Source of the DNA: Meyerozyma guilliermondii
Lineage: Eukaryota
DNA length: 64,000 nt
Reading direction: 5' to 3'
NCBI GenBank assembly: GCA_051546255.1
Contig: CP128815.1
Location: forward strand, 1,860,001-1,924,000
Shown here piece by piece: positions 21,789 through 32,389 of this stretch. The translations under genes were made by a program, and so were the position numbers. The notes under the pieces were generated by a model. It did no database searches and was not told the DNA's origin. It saw nothing but the letters and a program-made list of their open reading frames with translations. Each line of letters opens with the position of its first letter. The first letter of the stretch is position 1.

Positions 21789-23678
21789 ATGCCCCGTCGC
21801 CAGAGCACCGCGCCCACTCAGCCCGTGGTGGGTACCATAGACATTGGAACAACCTCGGCGAGAGCCATTCTTTTCAGCCAAGAAGGTATCGAAATCGCCA
21901 AGCATCAAATTGAATATTCGACGTCGGCTTCTGAGGCGCCAGCGGAATCGAAAAACAAGGAACAATTTAGAAGAAGATCGTCGCTTATGCGTCACAACGA
22001 GCCTATTTTCACCTCGGAAGGTATTGCAATTTCCATTTCTGACGATGTTGAAATCGAAAACAATCGTGCCAGTGTAGGACCAACTTTACGGTTCCCCCAA
22101 CCAGGATGGTCCGAATGTATGCCCGTGCATGTTCTTGCCAACGCGGTCCAGTGTTTGGTGGCATGTTTGATTACTTTGCGTAAAGTTAATCAGAACCCTG
22201 ATCTCAAAATCAAGTACAAAGTTAAGGCACTTGGTATTGCCAATATGAGAGAAACCACCATTGTGTGGCTGAAAAGGACGGGAAAGCCATTGAGCAATGG
22301 TATCACATGGACCGACACCAGAACAGCGGAAATTGTACAACATTTAGAGAAAATGACCGACGATGATAGAAAGGAAGAATTGAAGCAAAAGACAGGATTG
22401 CCGCTAAGCACCTATTTTTCCGCTGCCAAGTTGCGGTGGTTGCTCGATAATGATGATACAATCAGGGAGGAGTACGAAAAGGGCGACGGAAACCTCATGT
22501 TTGGAACCGTAGATACTTGGTTGATCTACCATCTTTCCAAAGAACGTTCATTCGTGTCTGATGTTACCAATGCTTCCAGAACCTATTTTATGGACTTGGA
22601 AACAAAAGACTACGATGATGATCTCCTTGATTTCTGGGGCATTGATCCCACCAAAATTTGCTTGCCCAAAATCGTTTCCAGTTCCGAACATTATGGTTCG
22701 TTCGCAGCACCAAACTTGTCCAACCTTGGATTCCACAACAAAATCACTCCCGAAGCCTATGAGATCTTGAAGACTATTACTGGTGTACCCATCTGTGGTT
22801 GTCTTGGAGACCAATCGGCGTCGTTGGTGGGTCAATTGGCGTTCCGTGCTGGGTCTGCAAAATGTACTTATGGTACCGGATGTTTCTTGTTATACAATAC
22901 CGGAACCAGAAAGTTGATTTCTGACCACGGAACTTTGACTACACTTGGTTTTTGGTTTCCTACGTTAGAAGGTGACGATGCTCAGCCACATTATGCTTTG
23001 GAAGGATCCATTGCCGTTGCTGGGTCCATCATTCAATGGCTTCGAGACAACTTGAAACTCATTGAAAATGCCAAAGATATTGGACCACTTGCTTCTCAAG
23101 TGGACAACTCTGGTGGTGTAGTTTTCATTCCAGCATTTTCAGGAATGTATGCTCCATATTGGGATGGTGGTGCTAGAGGTACCATTTTTGGTATGACCCA
23201 GTATACATCATCTAGTCATATTGCCAGGGCTGCTTTGGAAGGTGTATGTTTTCAAGTGAGAGCCATCTTGAGAGCCATGGCTAGCGATGCTGGAGGAAGT
23301 GAGGATTTCCTCGAAGAGGCATCCTCGATCCAGGGTTCAAAGCGGCCGCTTTCTAAATTGGCCGTAGATGGAGGAATGTCCAAAGCAGATGAAGTGTTGC
23401 AAATCCAAGCCGACATTCTCGGACCATGTGTGGATGTCAAGCGTGCCAAGATCTCCGAGTGCACGGCTTTGGGAGCTGCCATTGCTGCGGGACTTTCGTT
23501 CAAAAATCCAGAAGACAGAATCTGGAAAGATTTGAATGATGTTATCGAAAAGATCGACGGTCCAACCGACGCCCAGAATTCGTTCAAGGCCAAATTGCCA
23601 GATAACGACAGAAGAACAATGTGGAAACGGTGGGAGAATGCAGTTTCGAGAGCCAAGGGCTGGTTGGATGATGTGTAG
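21789..23678 (+). CDS. GUT1: Glycerol kinase
   Basis: IDIGTTSAR, IANMRETT, GLPLSTYFSA, FGTVDTWL, DVTNASRT, LGDQSASLVG, KCTYGTGCF, ALEGSIAVAG, VDGGMS. Confidence 0.96.
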   Translation: MPRRQSTAPTQPVVGTIDIGTTSARAILFSQEGIEIAKHQIEYSTSASEAPAESKNKEQFRRRSSLMRHNEPIFTSEGIAISISDDVEIENNRASVGPTLRFPQPGWSECMPVHVLANAVQCLVACLITLRKVNQNPDLKIKYKVKALGIANMRETTIVWLKRTGKPLSNGITWTDTRTAEIVQHLEKMTDDDRKEELKQKTGLPLSTYFSAAKLRWLLDNDDTIREEYEKGDGNLMFGTVDTWLIYHLSKERSFVSDVTNASRTYFMDLETKDYDDDLLDFWGIDPTKICLPKIVSSSEHYGSFAAPNLSNLGFHNKITPEAYEILKTITGVPICGCLGDQSASLVGQLAFRAGSAKCTYGTGCFLLYNTGTRKLISDHGTLTTLGFWFPTLEGDDAQPHYALEGSIAVAGSIIQWLRDNLKLIENAKDIGPLASQVDNSGGVVFIPAFSGMYAPYWDGGARGTIFGMTQYTSSSHIARAALEGVCFQVRAILRAMASDAGGSEDFLEEASSIQGSKRPLSKLAVDGGMSKADEVLQIQADILGPCVDVKRAKISECTALGAAIAAGLSFKNPEDRIWKDLNDVIEKIDGPTDAQNSFKAKLPDNDRRTMWKRWENAVSRAKGWLDDV

Positions 23679-24473
23679 GTGTATATTAATTGTCATAAAC
23701 TATAGAGTACTTTGAAGTTAAGGCTGAAGCATGTCAAGACATACTTTATGTAAATCAACTGTGGAGAACAGAAAGAGTGCTACCAATAATTGACGGGTTT
23801 ACTATCAGAGACTATTCGACAGATCACTCAAAAATTCTTTGATATTCAGAATACTGCTAGAATCACATCCTTTATTGACCAAAGCTTAATTATCCAGTGC
23901 CAGAGAGAAATATAGTACTTCAATTCCACTTTGTTTAAATGTGCTGCAATGGTATTTGTTCAACTCACTTTACCATTGATTTCTCCTATAGTAAATCTTC
24001 GTGGTTCATTTACAATTGGGGCTCAGCCATGAAGCCACAGTGCTTGTAATAGTACCTGAAATACTGTGTATGGTATGAAACCTGTCAGCCTATCGGATAT
24101 AGCTTTAGCCGTGTTCCGTATTGCAACATTTAACTTTTCGCAGCCATTTATTGAGCTCGAAGCGAGAAAAACTAGCCAATGCAATTAACAATGGACGTGA
24201 CAAAATATCACAAATAATAAAATATCTTAATAGTTAAACCTCTTCAATTTTGAAATCGTTTAGTTTGGCCTGGCTTGATATGTTTGAGCCGTACCCTTTT
24301 CAATTAGTAAGTGGTCGGGCTTAAGTCGGAAATAAGGCTCAATGGGGAAATTGCAACCATTTAACATGGTTCCACTCATTAGTAACAGCCACACAATTTT
24401 CCGCCTTATCACCGCAGCACACACCATCCACACGGTATATAATACCTCAATTGAGTACAAAGAACCACAAAAA

Positions 24474-25230
24474 ATGGCAAAACAAGTATTTTTTATTGCT
24501 GGTGCTTCTCGTGGAATTGGTCTTAGTTTGGCTACTTTATTAAGCAAAAATCCTGAAAATGTGGTTATTGCAACCGCTAGAAATCCTGCTTCGGCTTCGG
24601 GTTTGCAAGAATTGAGCAAAGCAGACAACGTCCATGTTGTAACTTTGGACTTGAATAATGAAAAGACATATGAAACTGCCAAGGCAGATGTGTTGAAAAT
24701 TTCAGATTCAATTGATGTATTCATTGTCAACGCAGGTATTAGTAACGCTCACGCCAAGGTTTTGGACACTACAAAGGAAGAGTTCCTTAGTCACTTCACT
24801 ACCAATACTCTTGGACCATTCTTTTTGCTCCAAACCTTTTTGGGTTTGGAGCAAAAAGGGTACTCTGAAAAAGGTGATTTTCGTTTCTAGTGCTGCTGGT
24901 TCTGTAAGCGTGGAGCCTAGTTATGTTAGCTCCGCCTACGGTATTTCTAAGGCTGCACTCAACTATGGTGCTAGACAGATTGCTCGTGATCTCTCAGAGG
25001 AGAATTTTATAGTGGTCCCTGTCCATCCAGGGTTGGTTGGTACTGATTTGCTTTTCAATGCTACCGAGCCATTTCTCAAGAGTAACCCACATTTTAAGGA
25101 TTTTCTTGGCCCTGAAAACTACCTTACTCCTGATCAAAGTGCCAAGGGATTGGTGGCTTTGATTGAGAAGCTTAAGAAGGAAGACTCCGGCAAGTTTTGG
25201 AACTACGATGGTACTGAGGTTCCGTGGTAG
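24474..25230 (+). pseudogene. Short-chain dehydrogenase/reductase split by a single +1 frameshift near 24840-24862 (pseudogene, assembly error or recoding)
   Basis: Frame A has AGASRGIG and NAG and stops at 24890; the +1 frame carries KKVIFVSS, YGISK, PVHPGLVGTD, SGKFWNYDGTEVPW; the joined product is 251 aa. Confidence 0.8.
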
Positions 25231-25290
25231 AAAGAGTTCATAAATGCAAGCAGTAGGTATAGATTATAGAAATGTATGGATAGAGTGGTA

Positions 25291-25740
25291 TTATTCATAA
25301 ACTATAGAATATTCTTCTTCAACGTCAGAAAAGTTTTCAATGTCAAACGAGCTATTGGCGATATCGTGGCTCGGGTGTGGCTTGGCCTTAAATAGGTCGT
25401 TCACAAATCTTGACGTTTTGTCACCGAAAGCTACCAATTTATTTTCTAGTTGCTTGTTCCTGGCATCGGCTAGAACCGTGCGAATTGGTATTTCTGTCGC
25501 TGCTTGGATTCTGGTGGTTTGGCTCTGTATCAATGTAGAAGCCTTTTTCTTAAGTGTCTTAAGATTTTTGGGAGTTTCAGAGTCTCCAGGACCAATTTGG
25601 GCCCACAATTCCAAGAGTTCAAATCTGGCTTTTGCAGCCATTTGCTCGTATTTTACGACTTCTTGCTGCTTCGCTGCATACTGCCTGCAGAGGTCTGTAT
25701 TGTCACAGGCGACATACTCCGCCCCATAGTTGACGAGCAT
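25291..25740 (-). CDS. Hypothetical coiled-coil protein (start uncertain)
   Basis: 149-aa ORF from ATG 25740; heptad-like RQYAAKQQEVVKYEQMAAKARFELLEL; weak recalled resemblance to Tda11/Acf4-type helix. Confidence 0.55.
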   Translation of the reverse strand: MLVNYGAEYVACDNTDLCRQYAAKQQEVVKYEQMAAKARFELLELWAQIGPGDSETPKNLKTLKKKASTLIQSQTTRIQAATEIPIRTVLADARNKQLENKLVAFGDKTSRFVNDLFKAKPHPSHDIANSSFDIENFSDVEEEYSIVYE

Positions 25741-25909
25741 TAAGCTCTTTAAAATGGTGATTGTTCGTTTGCACCCAATTCGCATCTGTCCCAATTGGGC
25801 AAATTCCAAATAGTGTCCCATCACAAGATAATTTTGCACGTGCGACAGAACACAAGACCAAAAAGTTCGCCGCGGTTGCTTTGGAAATCAGTGACAATTT
25901 ACAATAAAA

Positions 25910-26332
25910 ATGACATTTGTTGGACGTCTCAAAATTTACCTTACGATCTTCGTGGTCCTCTACACCACTTACCTCTTTTCGTACAAATGTGCAAAGTTAA
26001 ATGAAACTGCCTTTGAACACGGTGTGGAAAAAGTCTTACATCCTTTGTCTCATTCTCACAATCAATTGTGTGATGGATTAAACAAGGGAGTCAATTTTGC
26101 TACTCCTTATGTTGGACATGTGCAAAAGTTCCTTGACGACCATGTACACTCCACCAAATTGTTCCAGGGCTACAAGATCCACGAAAAGGTGGTTTGTGCT
26201 CAGGGCAAATATTACAAGTTTGTTCACCCATGGGTGATCAGATACTTTCAATTGTTTGAGGTTGCCGAACAGCACGTTGCTGACCACTTTGTGGCTCAGT
26301 ACGGCAAGGTGAAGGGTTACCTTGGCAAGTAA
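25910..26332 (+). CDS. 140-aa membrane-anchored protein resembling the She10/Osw7 N-terminus
   Basis: AAAAATG start, N-terminal TM followed by YTTYLFSYKC...LCDGLN. Confidence 0.75.
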   Translation: MTFVGRLKIYLTIFVVLYTTYLFSYKCAKLNETAFEHGVEKVLHPLSHSHNQLCDGLNKGVNFATPYVGHVQKFLDDHVHSTKLFQGYKIHEKVVCAQGKYYKFVHPWVIRYFQLFEVAEQHVADHFVAQYGKVKGYLGK

Positions 26333-26376
26333 TTAGTGAATATATAACTTATATGACGTAAACTGTGTATTAATAT

Positions 26377-28458
26377 CTACTTGGAGTCTGAACCACCAGA
26401 GTCTGAATCACGACCGTCTGAGTCAACGACGGTGTCGTCAGAACCTGCGTCTGAATCTCCGTCTGATTCCTTGGTCTGTTTCAAATGTTCCGCTTCTATT
26501 ACGTGGTTGGGGTCTTCCACCACCACGATCTTCTCTTCATCATCGTACTCGTTGACAATTACTCGCGCACGATCATTGACTTCTTCTCCTTGTCCATTAT
26601 CTTGGTGTTCCTTCTCTTCTTCATTACCTTGGTCTTTCTTCTCTCTCTCCTGCTCAATCTTGCGCTCCAATGCCTCGCGTGCCTGGTATGCCACATTAGC
26701 TTTGGCTCGCACGAGTCGCAAATACTCTTCATTGTCGTGAGTGAGGAACCCAACATGATAATGGATGTCTCTAAAATACTTGTCCCATTCACTTAAAGCA
26801 CTGGGTACAATTTTGTTGTCGGCTTCAAAGTACTTCGACTTGTAAGCATTGGCTTCGTCGTAAATCTTATCGCGGATTTTAAAAATCTGTTCCTTGGTCT
26901 TGTGGAATTGTTTCCACGCTTGCCATCCCAATGCTTCGTCAAAGTTCTCTTCCACCTCCATGAAGGAGAGAAGGGCCGTCAACCGGTTGGAAAATTCCAG
27001 TACCGTGACATCAGCAAATGATTCCAATATATCTATGGTGTTCTGAATGGCTTCAAAATACTTGACTATTACATCTTTCTGTGCATCGGCAAGCATTTGT
27101 TGAACTGACGAAAGTGCTTCCAGCGACTCTTCAGTTGCTGCTGAGATTCCATCTCTCATATCTTGTCTTGATACACCAAATTCTGAGGGAAGTTCATTGG
27201 ACTCTTGAATATCACTGACATCCTTGTTAATATCGCTGATCATCTGATTGAGCTTCTTGTAATGTTCATAGTTATTTTGTTGCACTCCTTTCAAGGTGTC
27301 TGAAATTGGCCCCTTGACCTTTTCCATTATCTGATTCAACTGTGGCAAGAAATCACTCTCAAGACTGTTGTAAGCGAGCTGAAGAGTTTTGTCCACCTTA
27401 GACTGCCAGTAGTCAAGCTCTTCGTTGAGTAAATGTTGATGCGAGTTTTCGCTCACTTCATTGTTGCCCAGCTCGTGCGACTCAGAAACGACAGTGATGG
27501 TGGAGGTAATGAGTACTGTCGAGGGCTCAGAATCAGACTCTGAGTCGTAAACTTCATCGTACTCGGTTTCTTCCGTTGCAGTCTCCTCCGTTGGTGCGTC
27601 TTCCGTTGGAGCCTGTTTGCTTGATTCGGGTTTTGTAGATTCTTCGACTTCTTGAATAATTTCCTTGACCACATCCGCCACGTTCTTTTCCCTGCTGATA
27701 AATTTAGCCTTCAAGTTGTCCAATGGCTTTATTAACCCCTTGAGTTCAGACTTGAGAAAATGGGACTTTTCTTGCAAAGATGTGCTCCGTTCGGCCAAAG
27801 ACAGGAAAAGTTTGCCTATGCCTTCAAACACAACGTCTAAACCAAGTACAATATAGTAGTGTCTCACGTTTTGGCCAAACGCACTGGTGGACAATTTGTA
27901 CCACGTCGAGTGAACATGAGGAGCCACATGAGCTCTATAGAACTCACCGAAGTACACCGTGCTGCGTATTTGAAGAACTTTGAGGTGGTGTTTCAAATTC
28001 TCAAACGCCACACCGAAATGGCCCTTTGCGTGGGCACTATAATGGGCATAAAGACCACTTGATTTGGGAATTATGACGTGTTCAACATACTTCAGGAACT
28101 GATAAGTGTATCCAGACACGATCACGTACGGTTCGTACAAAGCTGAAGAGACCTTGGCCGAAACGCCGTAAGAATTATCGACATTTCGAATGATTTCGGT
28201 GCCTTTTTCGATATTAGGAACCACGTATTTTCCATACGATTTAGAGATCCCCAACTTAGTATCGTACTCCTGGATCACAGGGTTGTTCTCTACGAACGAA
28301 ACAACAACATTGAGTTGTTTACAGGCGAAATGGTCAACAAAATTAAGGGATTTGGTGTCAAACACAGACGTGTGTGGACAAGCAAAATGGAGTAAATATG
28401 TCACATAAGTAAGAAACAAGGTTGGAACTAAAATCCACAGGATACAATTTCGAGCCAT
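26377..28458 (-). CDS. SHE10: Outer spore wall assembly protein She10/Osw7 family
   Basis: N-terminal TM plus two Cys, acidic linker with ITSTITV, long coiled coil, WQAWKQFH, LRLVRAKANVAYQARE. Confidence 0.7.
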   Translation of the reverse strand: MARNCILWILVPTLFLTYVTYLLHFACPHTSVFDTKSLNFVDHFACKQLNVVVSFVENNPVIQEYDTKLGISKSYGKYVVPNIEKGTEIIRNVDNSYGVSAKVSSALYEPYVIVSGYTYQFLKYVEHVIIPKSSGLYAHYSAHAKGHFGVAFENLKHHLKVLQIRSTVYFGEFYRAHVAPHVHSTWYKLSTSAFGQNVRHYYIVLGLDVVFEGIGKLFLSLAERSTSLQEKSHFLKSELKGLIKPLDNLKAKFISREKNVADVVKEIIQEVEESTKPESSKQAPTEDAPTEETATEETEYDEVYDSESDSEPSTVLITSTITVVSESHELGNNEVSENSHQHLLNEELDYWQSKVDKTLQLAYNSLESDFLPQLNQIMEKVKGPISDTLKGVQQNNYEHYKKLNQMISDINKDVSDIQESNELPSEFGVSRQDMRDGISAATEESLEALSSVQQMLADAQKDVIVKYFEAIQNTIDILESFADVTVLEFSNRLTALLSFMEVEENFDEALGWQAWKQFHKTKEQIFKIRDKIYDEANAYKSKYFEADNKIVPSALSEWDKYFRDIHYHVGFLTHDNEEYLRLVRAKANVAYQAREALERKIEQEREKKDQGNEEEKEHQDNGQGEEVNDRARVIVNEYDDEEKIVVVEDPNHVIEAEHLKQTKESDGDSDAGSDDTVVDSDGRDSDSGGSDSK

Positions 28459-28560
28459 GGTTAGTGGATTGGCTTGAAGATCGATGTGTGGCGCTGGAGC
28501 CGTTAAAGAAAATGATGACCGTGTTTGAATATTGATCACAGCAGAAAAAATAAATCATCA

Positions 28561-28570
28561 GTCACGTGAC
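28561..28570. promoter_or_regulatory. Palindromic GTCACGTGAC bHLH (Cbf1/Tye7-type) site about 100 nt upstream of SHE10
   Basis: Exact consensus palindrome. Confidence 0.5.
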
Positions 28571-28675
28571 GCACGGCGAGAAGGAGATGCAGATATGGAA
28601 GAGATAAAGTTAGAGTTGAGAAGTTAAAGTTAAGTAAATACCCGGCATAGCCCGGTTAAAATTTAAATTCTATAT

Positions 28676-30148
28676 CTAGAGCAACTGTATATTCTCGAAA
28701 GGAACCAAAAGTTGGTTTTTTGGTCGCCATTGGATACCCCAGAGTGCAATGAAGAGAAAGACGCTTAAGTAGCTTGCAATGAACGACGACCAAGAAAAAT
28801 TGAAAAACACCACGAATCCGTTGACGAGAAGGATCACAGCTGTGTTTATCCCTGCGTACCATGACCAAAAGGTAGAAGTCTGGGTGTCAAATTCAAGACT
28901 CAAAATGGCTGCAAATCGAACATGGGAAAAGGCAGAACAGCACCACATCAAGAGACCGGCGCAAGCGCAGATGTTCAAGAGCCACAGAAACACTATTTCC
29001 ACCGAGTGGAAGCCTGTGGCCAAGGAAACCAAGCCGAAACTTGCGGTGACAAGAACGGCAGTGACGGGGACTCCGAATTGATTTTTCTGTTTGAAACGTT
29101 TTGGGACAATTTCGAGTGCTAGAAAGCAGCGGGAACCAAAGTATATGTTTGAGTTTGCAGCCGATAGAATTGAAAAGAAAATGACCAAATTGATGATATG
29201 AAGAAGGGCCGAGCCTGGGGCCAAACCAGCATTGAGTAAAGCGAGAATAAACGGCGACGAAAAGATAGAATCGTCCGAGAGTAGCAACCGAGGATCACTG
29301 GCGTCCACGAGTAAAGTGAGTAGAACAACGCTAAGGATGTAAAACACCAAAATTCGAAAATAGATTGCCCTGACTGATTTGGGAATTGATGTGTGTGGAT
29401 CCTCCATATCACCAGCAGTGATAGCTACAGACTCCGACAGTTGGAATGTGAATGCAGCAGACACAAGCAGCGCCATAAGTGCAAGAATTCTTGACGAAAC
29501 CGCACCTTCTACCAAAATGCCATTTCCCCATGGATGGTGCCAATTTTGAAACCCAATTGCTTCAGTACCCAAACCTAATATAGCGCCAACGCAGATGGCG
29601 GTCCAAAGCACCAAAGCGGCCACTTTAACTAGGGTAATGTAGAATTCGACCTCGGCATAGTAGGACACATGCAACAAGTTGAGGGCAGTAAGAATAAGCC
29701 AAATCCCCAACGAAACCACCTGGGGACACGTGTGGGCCCACGGAACCCAAAACAGAAGCACCTGAGCCAATATGGTCAATTCCAATGCAAGAGTCATGGA
29801 CCAAGAAAACCAATAAATGCCACTATTTGCAGCACCAATTTGCGGCGAAAGAAACATAGCTGGAAACCTGCAAAGTGACCCAGTCAAAGGGAGAACCCGT
29901 GTCATTTCCCCTAGTGCCCGGATAACCCCGTAACATACACTTGAGACGTATAAGTACGCCACTATGGCAATAAAGGGACCATGAACCAAACAGGTTTTCA
30001 CGCCTACAAAAAGCCCAGTTCCTACTGTGCCACCAATGGCAAGCATGGTGACCTGGCGGGCGGTGAGGGACCTCGAGCCATCAGCAATGTTACGAGGATC
30101 ATTGTCAGTTGGCAATGCTGTTATCCGTAGCAACGGCTGAGATTCCAT
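28676..30148 (-). CDS. Amino acid permease (APC/YAT family), substrate unclear
   Basis: LTARQVTMLAIGGTVGTGLFVG, ALGEM, EVEFY, RILVFY, SSPF, SAANSNIYFGSR; about 12 hydrophobic segments. Confidence 0.9.
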   Translation of the reverse strand: MESQPLLRITALPTDNDPRNIADGSRSLTARQVTMLAIGGTVGTGLFVGVKTCLVHGPFIAIVAYLYVSSVCYGVIRALGEMTRVLPLTGSLCRFPAMFLSPQIGAANSGIYWFSWSMTLALELTILAQVLLFWVPWAHTCPQVVSLGIWLILTALNLLHVSYYAEVEFYITLVKVAALVLWTAICVGAILGLGTEAIGFQNWHHPWGNGILVEGAVSSRILALMALLVSAAFTFQLSESVAITAGDMEDPHTSIPKSVRAIYFRILVFYILSVVLLTLLVDASDPRLLLSDDSIFSSPFILALLNAGLAPGSALLHIINLVIFFSILSAANSNIYFGSRCFLALEIVPKRFKQKNQFGVPVTAVLVTASFGLVSLATGFHSVEIVFLWLLNICACAGLLMWCCSAFSHVRFAAILSLEFDTQTSTFWSWYAGINTAVILLVNGFVVFFNFSWSSFIASYLSVFLFIALWGIQWRPKNQLLVPFENIQLL

Positions 30149-30197
30149 TGCCGTGTATACAGGAGCGAGAGTGAAATTTGTTCGCGGGGTAGGATAA

Positions 30198-30230
30198 GAA
30201 TCGTGCGAATCGTGCGAATCGTGCGAATCG
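30198..30230. repeat. (GAATCGTGC)x3.7 perfect tandem repeat in permease promoter
   Basis: Read directly. Confidence 0.9.
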
Positions 30231-31034
30231 CCCGAGGCGCAGGCTGGGGTTTAGCGGGAGGATGGAGGTTCGGGAATAGGATGGGGTTTAGTGAAGTTGG
30301 AAAATTGCTTTGGGAAGTTCAAGTTTGCTCGATTTGGATTGAACTAGTTTCTTAAAGGAATGTTTTTGGCGGTTTGTAGTGTTCTTGGTTTGTCTTGGGT
30401 TGTCTTGGTTTGTACTTGGTTTAATTTAGCTAGTTTAATTTCTTAGTTTCTTGTCCTGTCTCTCGCTAATCCTCGGATCACTTACATAATACACTTCCGC
30501 TACTCCGAAAATCTCTGGTGACAGACACCTCAAATCAGGATACTTTCACAAAAATTCCCCCATTTTCCTTATCTTGCATCGATATCGTTTGTGAGGGGCT
30601 GTCGGTGGTAACATCATGCAGCCCATTGGCCAACTTGCATTCGTTGGGTGTCCTGATAATGCAGGCGCCGGAGGGTGGTGTCCGGCGGCGGCCGGCGCGC
30701 GCCGCTGTGATTGGCTATGATAAGGTCGCAATCGGCTGTCTTGTGCAAATACACCCGTCGAACCAGGATTCGACCGGAAAAAGCAATTCTACGCATATAG
30801 GGCGGAACTAGATATCATATATAAGTGATATCCAATCGCACTTTTCCTATTAGAGGTTACTACTTCTATATCATCCACTTCTAAAAAAAACTATAGGGTT
30901 TCACTCATCCCTGAACAAATATATACACTACAAAATCGTTTTTGTTTGTGTTTTGACTCTGCTTGTGTGTCATTAATTTTTTTTTGAGAAATTAATTTTG
31001 AATTTGAATTCAAAAAATTAACAGTTCGTTTATC

Positions 31035-32150
31035 ATGTCTGTACCAAATACTGAACAAACTGCCATTCTTCAGAAGTATCTTGACCTTCCCCAAAGAGGT
31101 AAGGTGTTGGCTGAATACATCTGGATTGACGCTGATGGTGGAATGAGATCTAAAACTAAGACTTTGGACAAAAAACCATCGTCGGTTGAGGATCTTCCAG
31201 AATGGAATTTTGATGGTTCGTCGACTGGACAAGCTCCAGGTCACGATTCCGACGTCTACTTGAGACCTGTCAAGTTTTACCCCTGTCCATTCAGAAGAGG
31301 TGACAACTTGATTGTGTTGGCTGAATGTTGGAACAATGACGGTACTCCCAACAAATTTAACCACAGACATGAATGTGCCAAGTTAATGAAGGCACATGAA
31401 GAAGAGTCTGTTTGGTTTGGTTTGGAACAAGAATACACCTTGTTTGACCAATATGACCAGGTTTACGCTTGGCCAAAGGGTGGTTTCCCAGCTCCTCAAG
31501 GTCCTTACTACTGTGGTGTTGGTACCGGAAAGGTGTACGCTCGTGATTTGATCGAGGCTCACTACAGAGCTTGTTTGTACGCTGGTATCAACATCTCCGG
31601 TATCAACGCCGAGGTGATGCCTTCGCAATGGGAATTCCAAGTTGGTCCATGCCAAGGAATTGACATGGGTGATGAGTTGTGGCTTGCTCGTTATCTCTTG
31701 ATGAAGGTTGGTGAAGAATTTGGTGTCAAGGTGTCGTTGCACCCTAAACCATTGAAGGGAGATTGGAATGGTGCTGGATGCCACACCAATGTTTCCACCA
31801 AGGTCATGAGACAAGAGGGTGGAATGAAGTACATCGAAGATGCCATCTCCAAGTTGGCTAAGAGACACAAGGAACACATGTTGTTGTATGGTGCCGATAA
31901 CGAACAGAGATTGACTGGTCGTCATGAAACCGCATCCATCGAGTCTTTCTCATCTGGTGTTGCCAACAGAGGTGCTTCCGTGAGAATCCCAAGATCTGTC
32001 GCCAAGGAGGGTTACGGATACTTTGAGGACAGAAGACCTGCTTCCAACATAGATCCTTACTTGGTGACTGGAATTATGGTTGAAACCATTTGTGGATCTA
32101 TTCCTGATGCCGACATGGCCAAGGAATATGCCAGAGAATCGTCTGACTAA
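31035..32150 (+). CDS. GLN1: Glutamine synthetase (type II)
   Basis: [72 protein letters not shown]. Confidence 0.98.
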   Translation: MSVPNTEQTAILQKYLDLPQRGKVLAEYIWIDADGGMRSKTKTLDKKPSSVEDLPEWNFDGSSTGQAPGHDSDVYLRPVKFYPCPFRRGDNLIVLAECWNNDGTPNKFNHRHECAKLMKAHEEESVWFGLEQEYTLFDQYDQVYAWPKGGFPAPQGPYYCGVGTGKVYARDLIEAHYRACLYAGINISGINAEVMPSQWEFQVGPCQGIDMGDELWLARYLLMKVGEEFGVKVSLHPKPLKGDWNGAGCHTNVSTKVMRQEGGMKYIEDAISKLAKRHKEHMLLYGADNEQRLTGRHETASIESFSSGVANRGASVRIPRSVAKEGYGYFEDRRPASNIDPYLVTGIMVETICGSIPDADMAKEYARESSD

Positions 32151-32225
32151 ATAAATAGGTGCTAATTGTAATAGAAGAAACATTCGAGTGTGATTGATGT
32201 AGAAGACTCCCTTGGAGTCTTCTTA

Positions 32226-32290
32226 AAGTGTCGTCTGTATTTTATCTGAAGTGTCGTATTCAGTATTATCTGAGGTGTCGCATTTAGTTA
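32226..32290. repeat. About 23-bp imperfect tandem repeat (AAGTGTCGT..TATTATCTG) x2.7 upstream of tRNA
   Basis: Read directly. Confidence 0.65.
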
Positions 32291-32317
32291 CTCCAAATTG
32301 TTAAGCTATCACAATTC

Positions 32318-32389
32318 GCCGATCTAGTATAGTGGTTAGTACACTTCGTTGTGGCCGAAGAAACCCAAGTTCGATTCCTGGGATCGGCA
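32318..32389 (+). tRNA. tRNA-His (GTG), intronless
   Basis: Acceptor GCCGATC/GATCGGC+A, D arm TAGTATAGTGGTTAGTAC, anticodon arm CTTCG-TTGTGGC-CGAAG, TTCGATT T-loop, followed by T6 Pol III terminator. Confidence 0.96.

Noticed and set aside
24830..24890. Intron as explanation of the SDR frameshift
   Set aside because: No GTAAGT/GTATGT-type donor or TACTAAC, and no surplus sequence to remove
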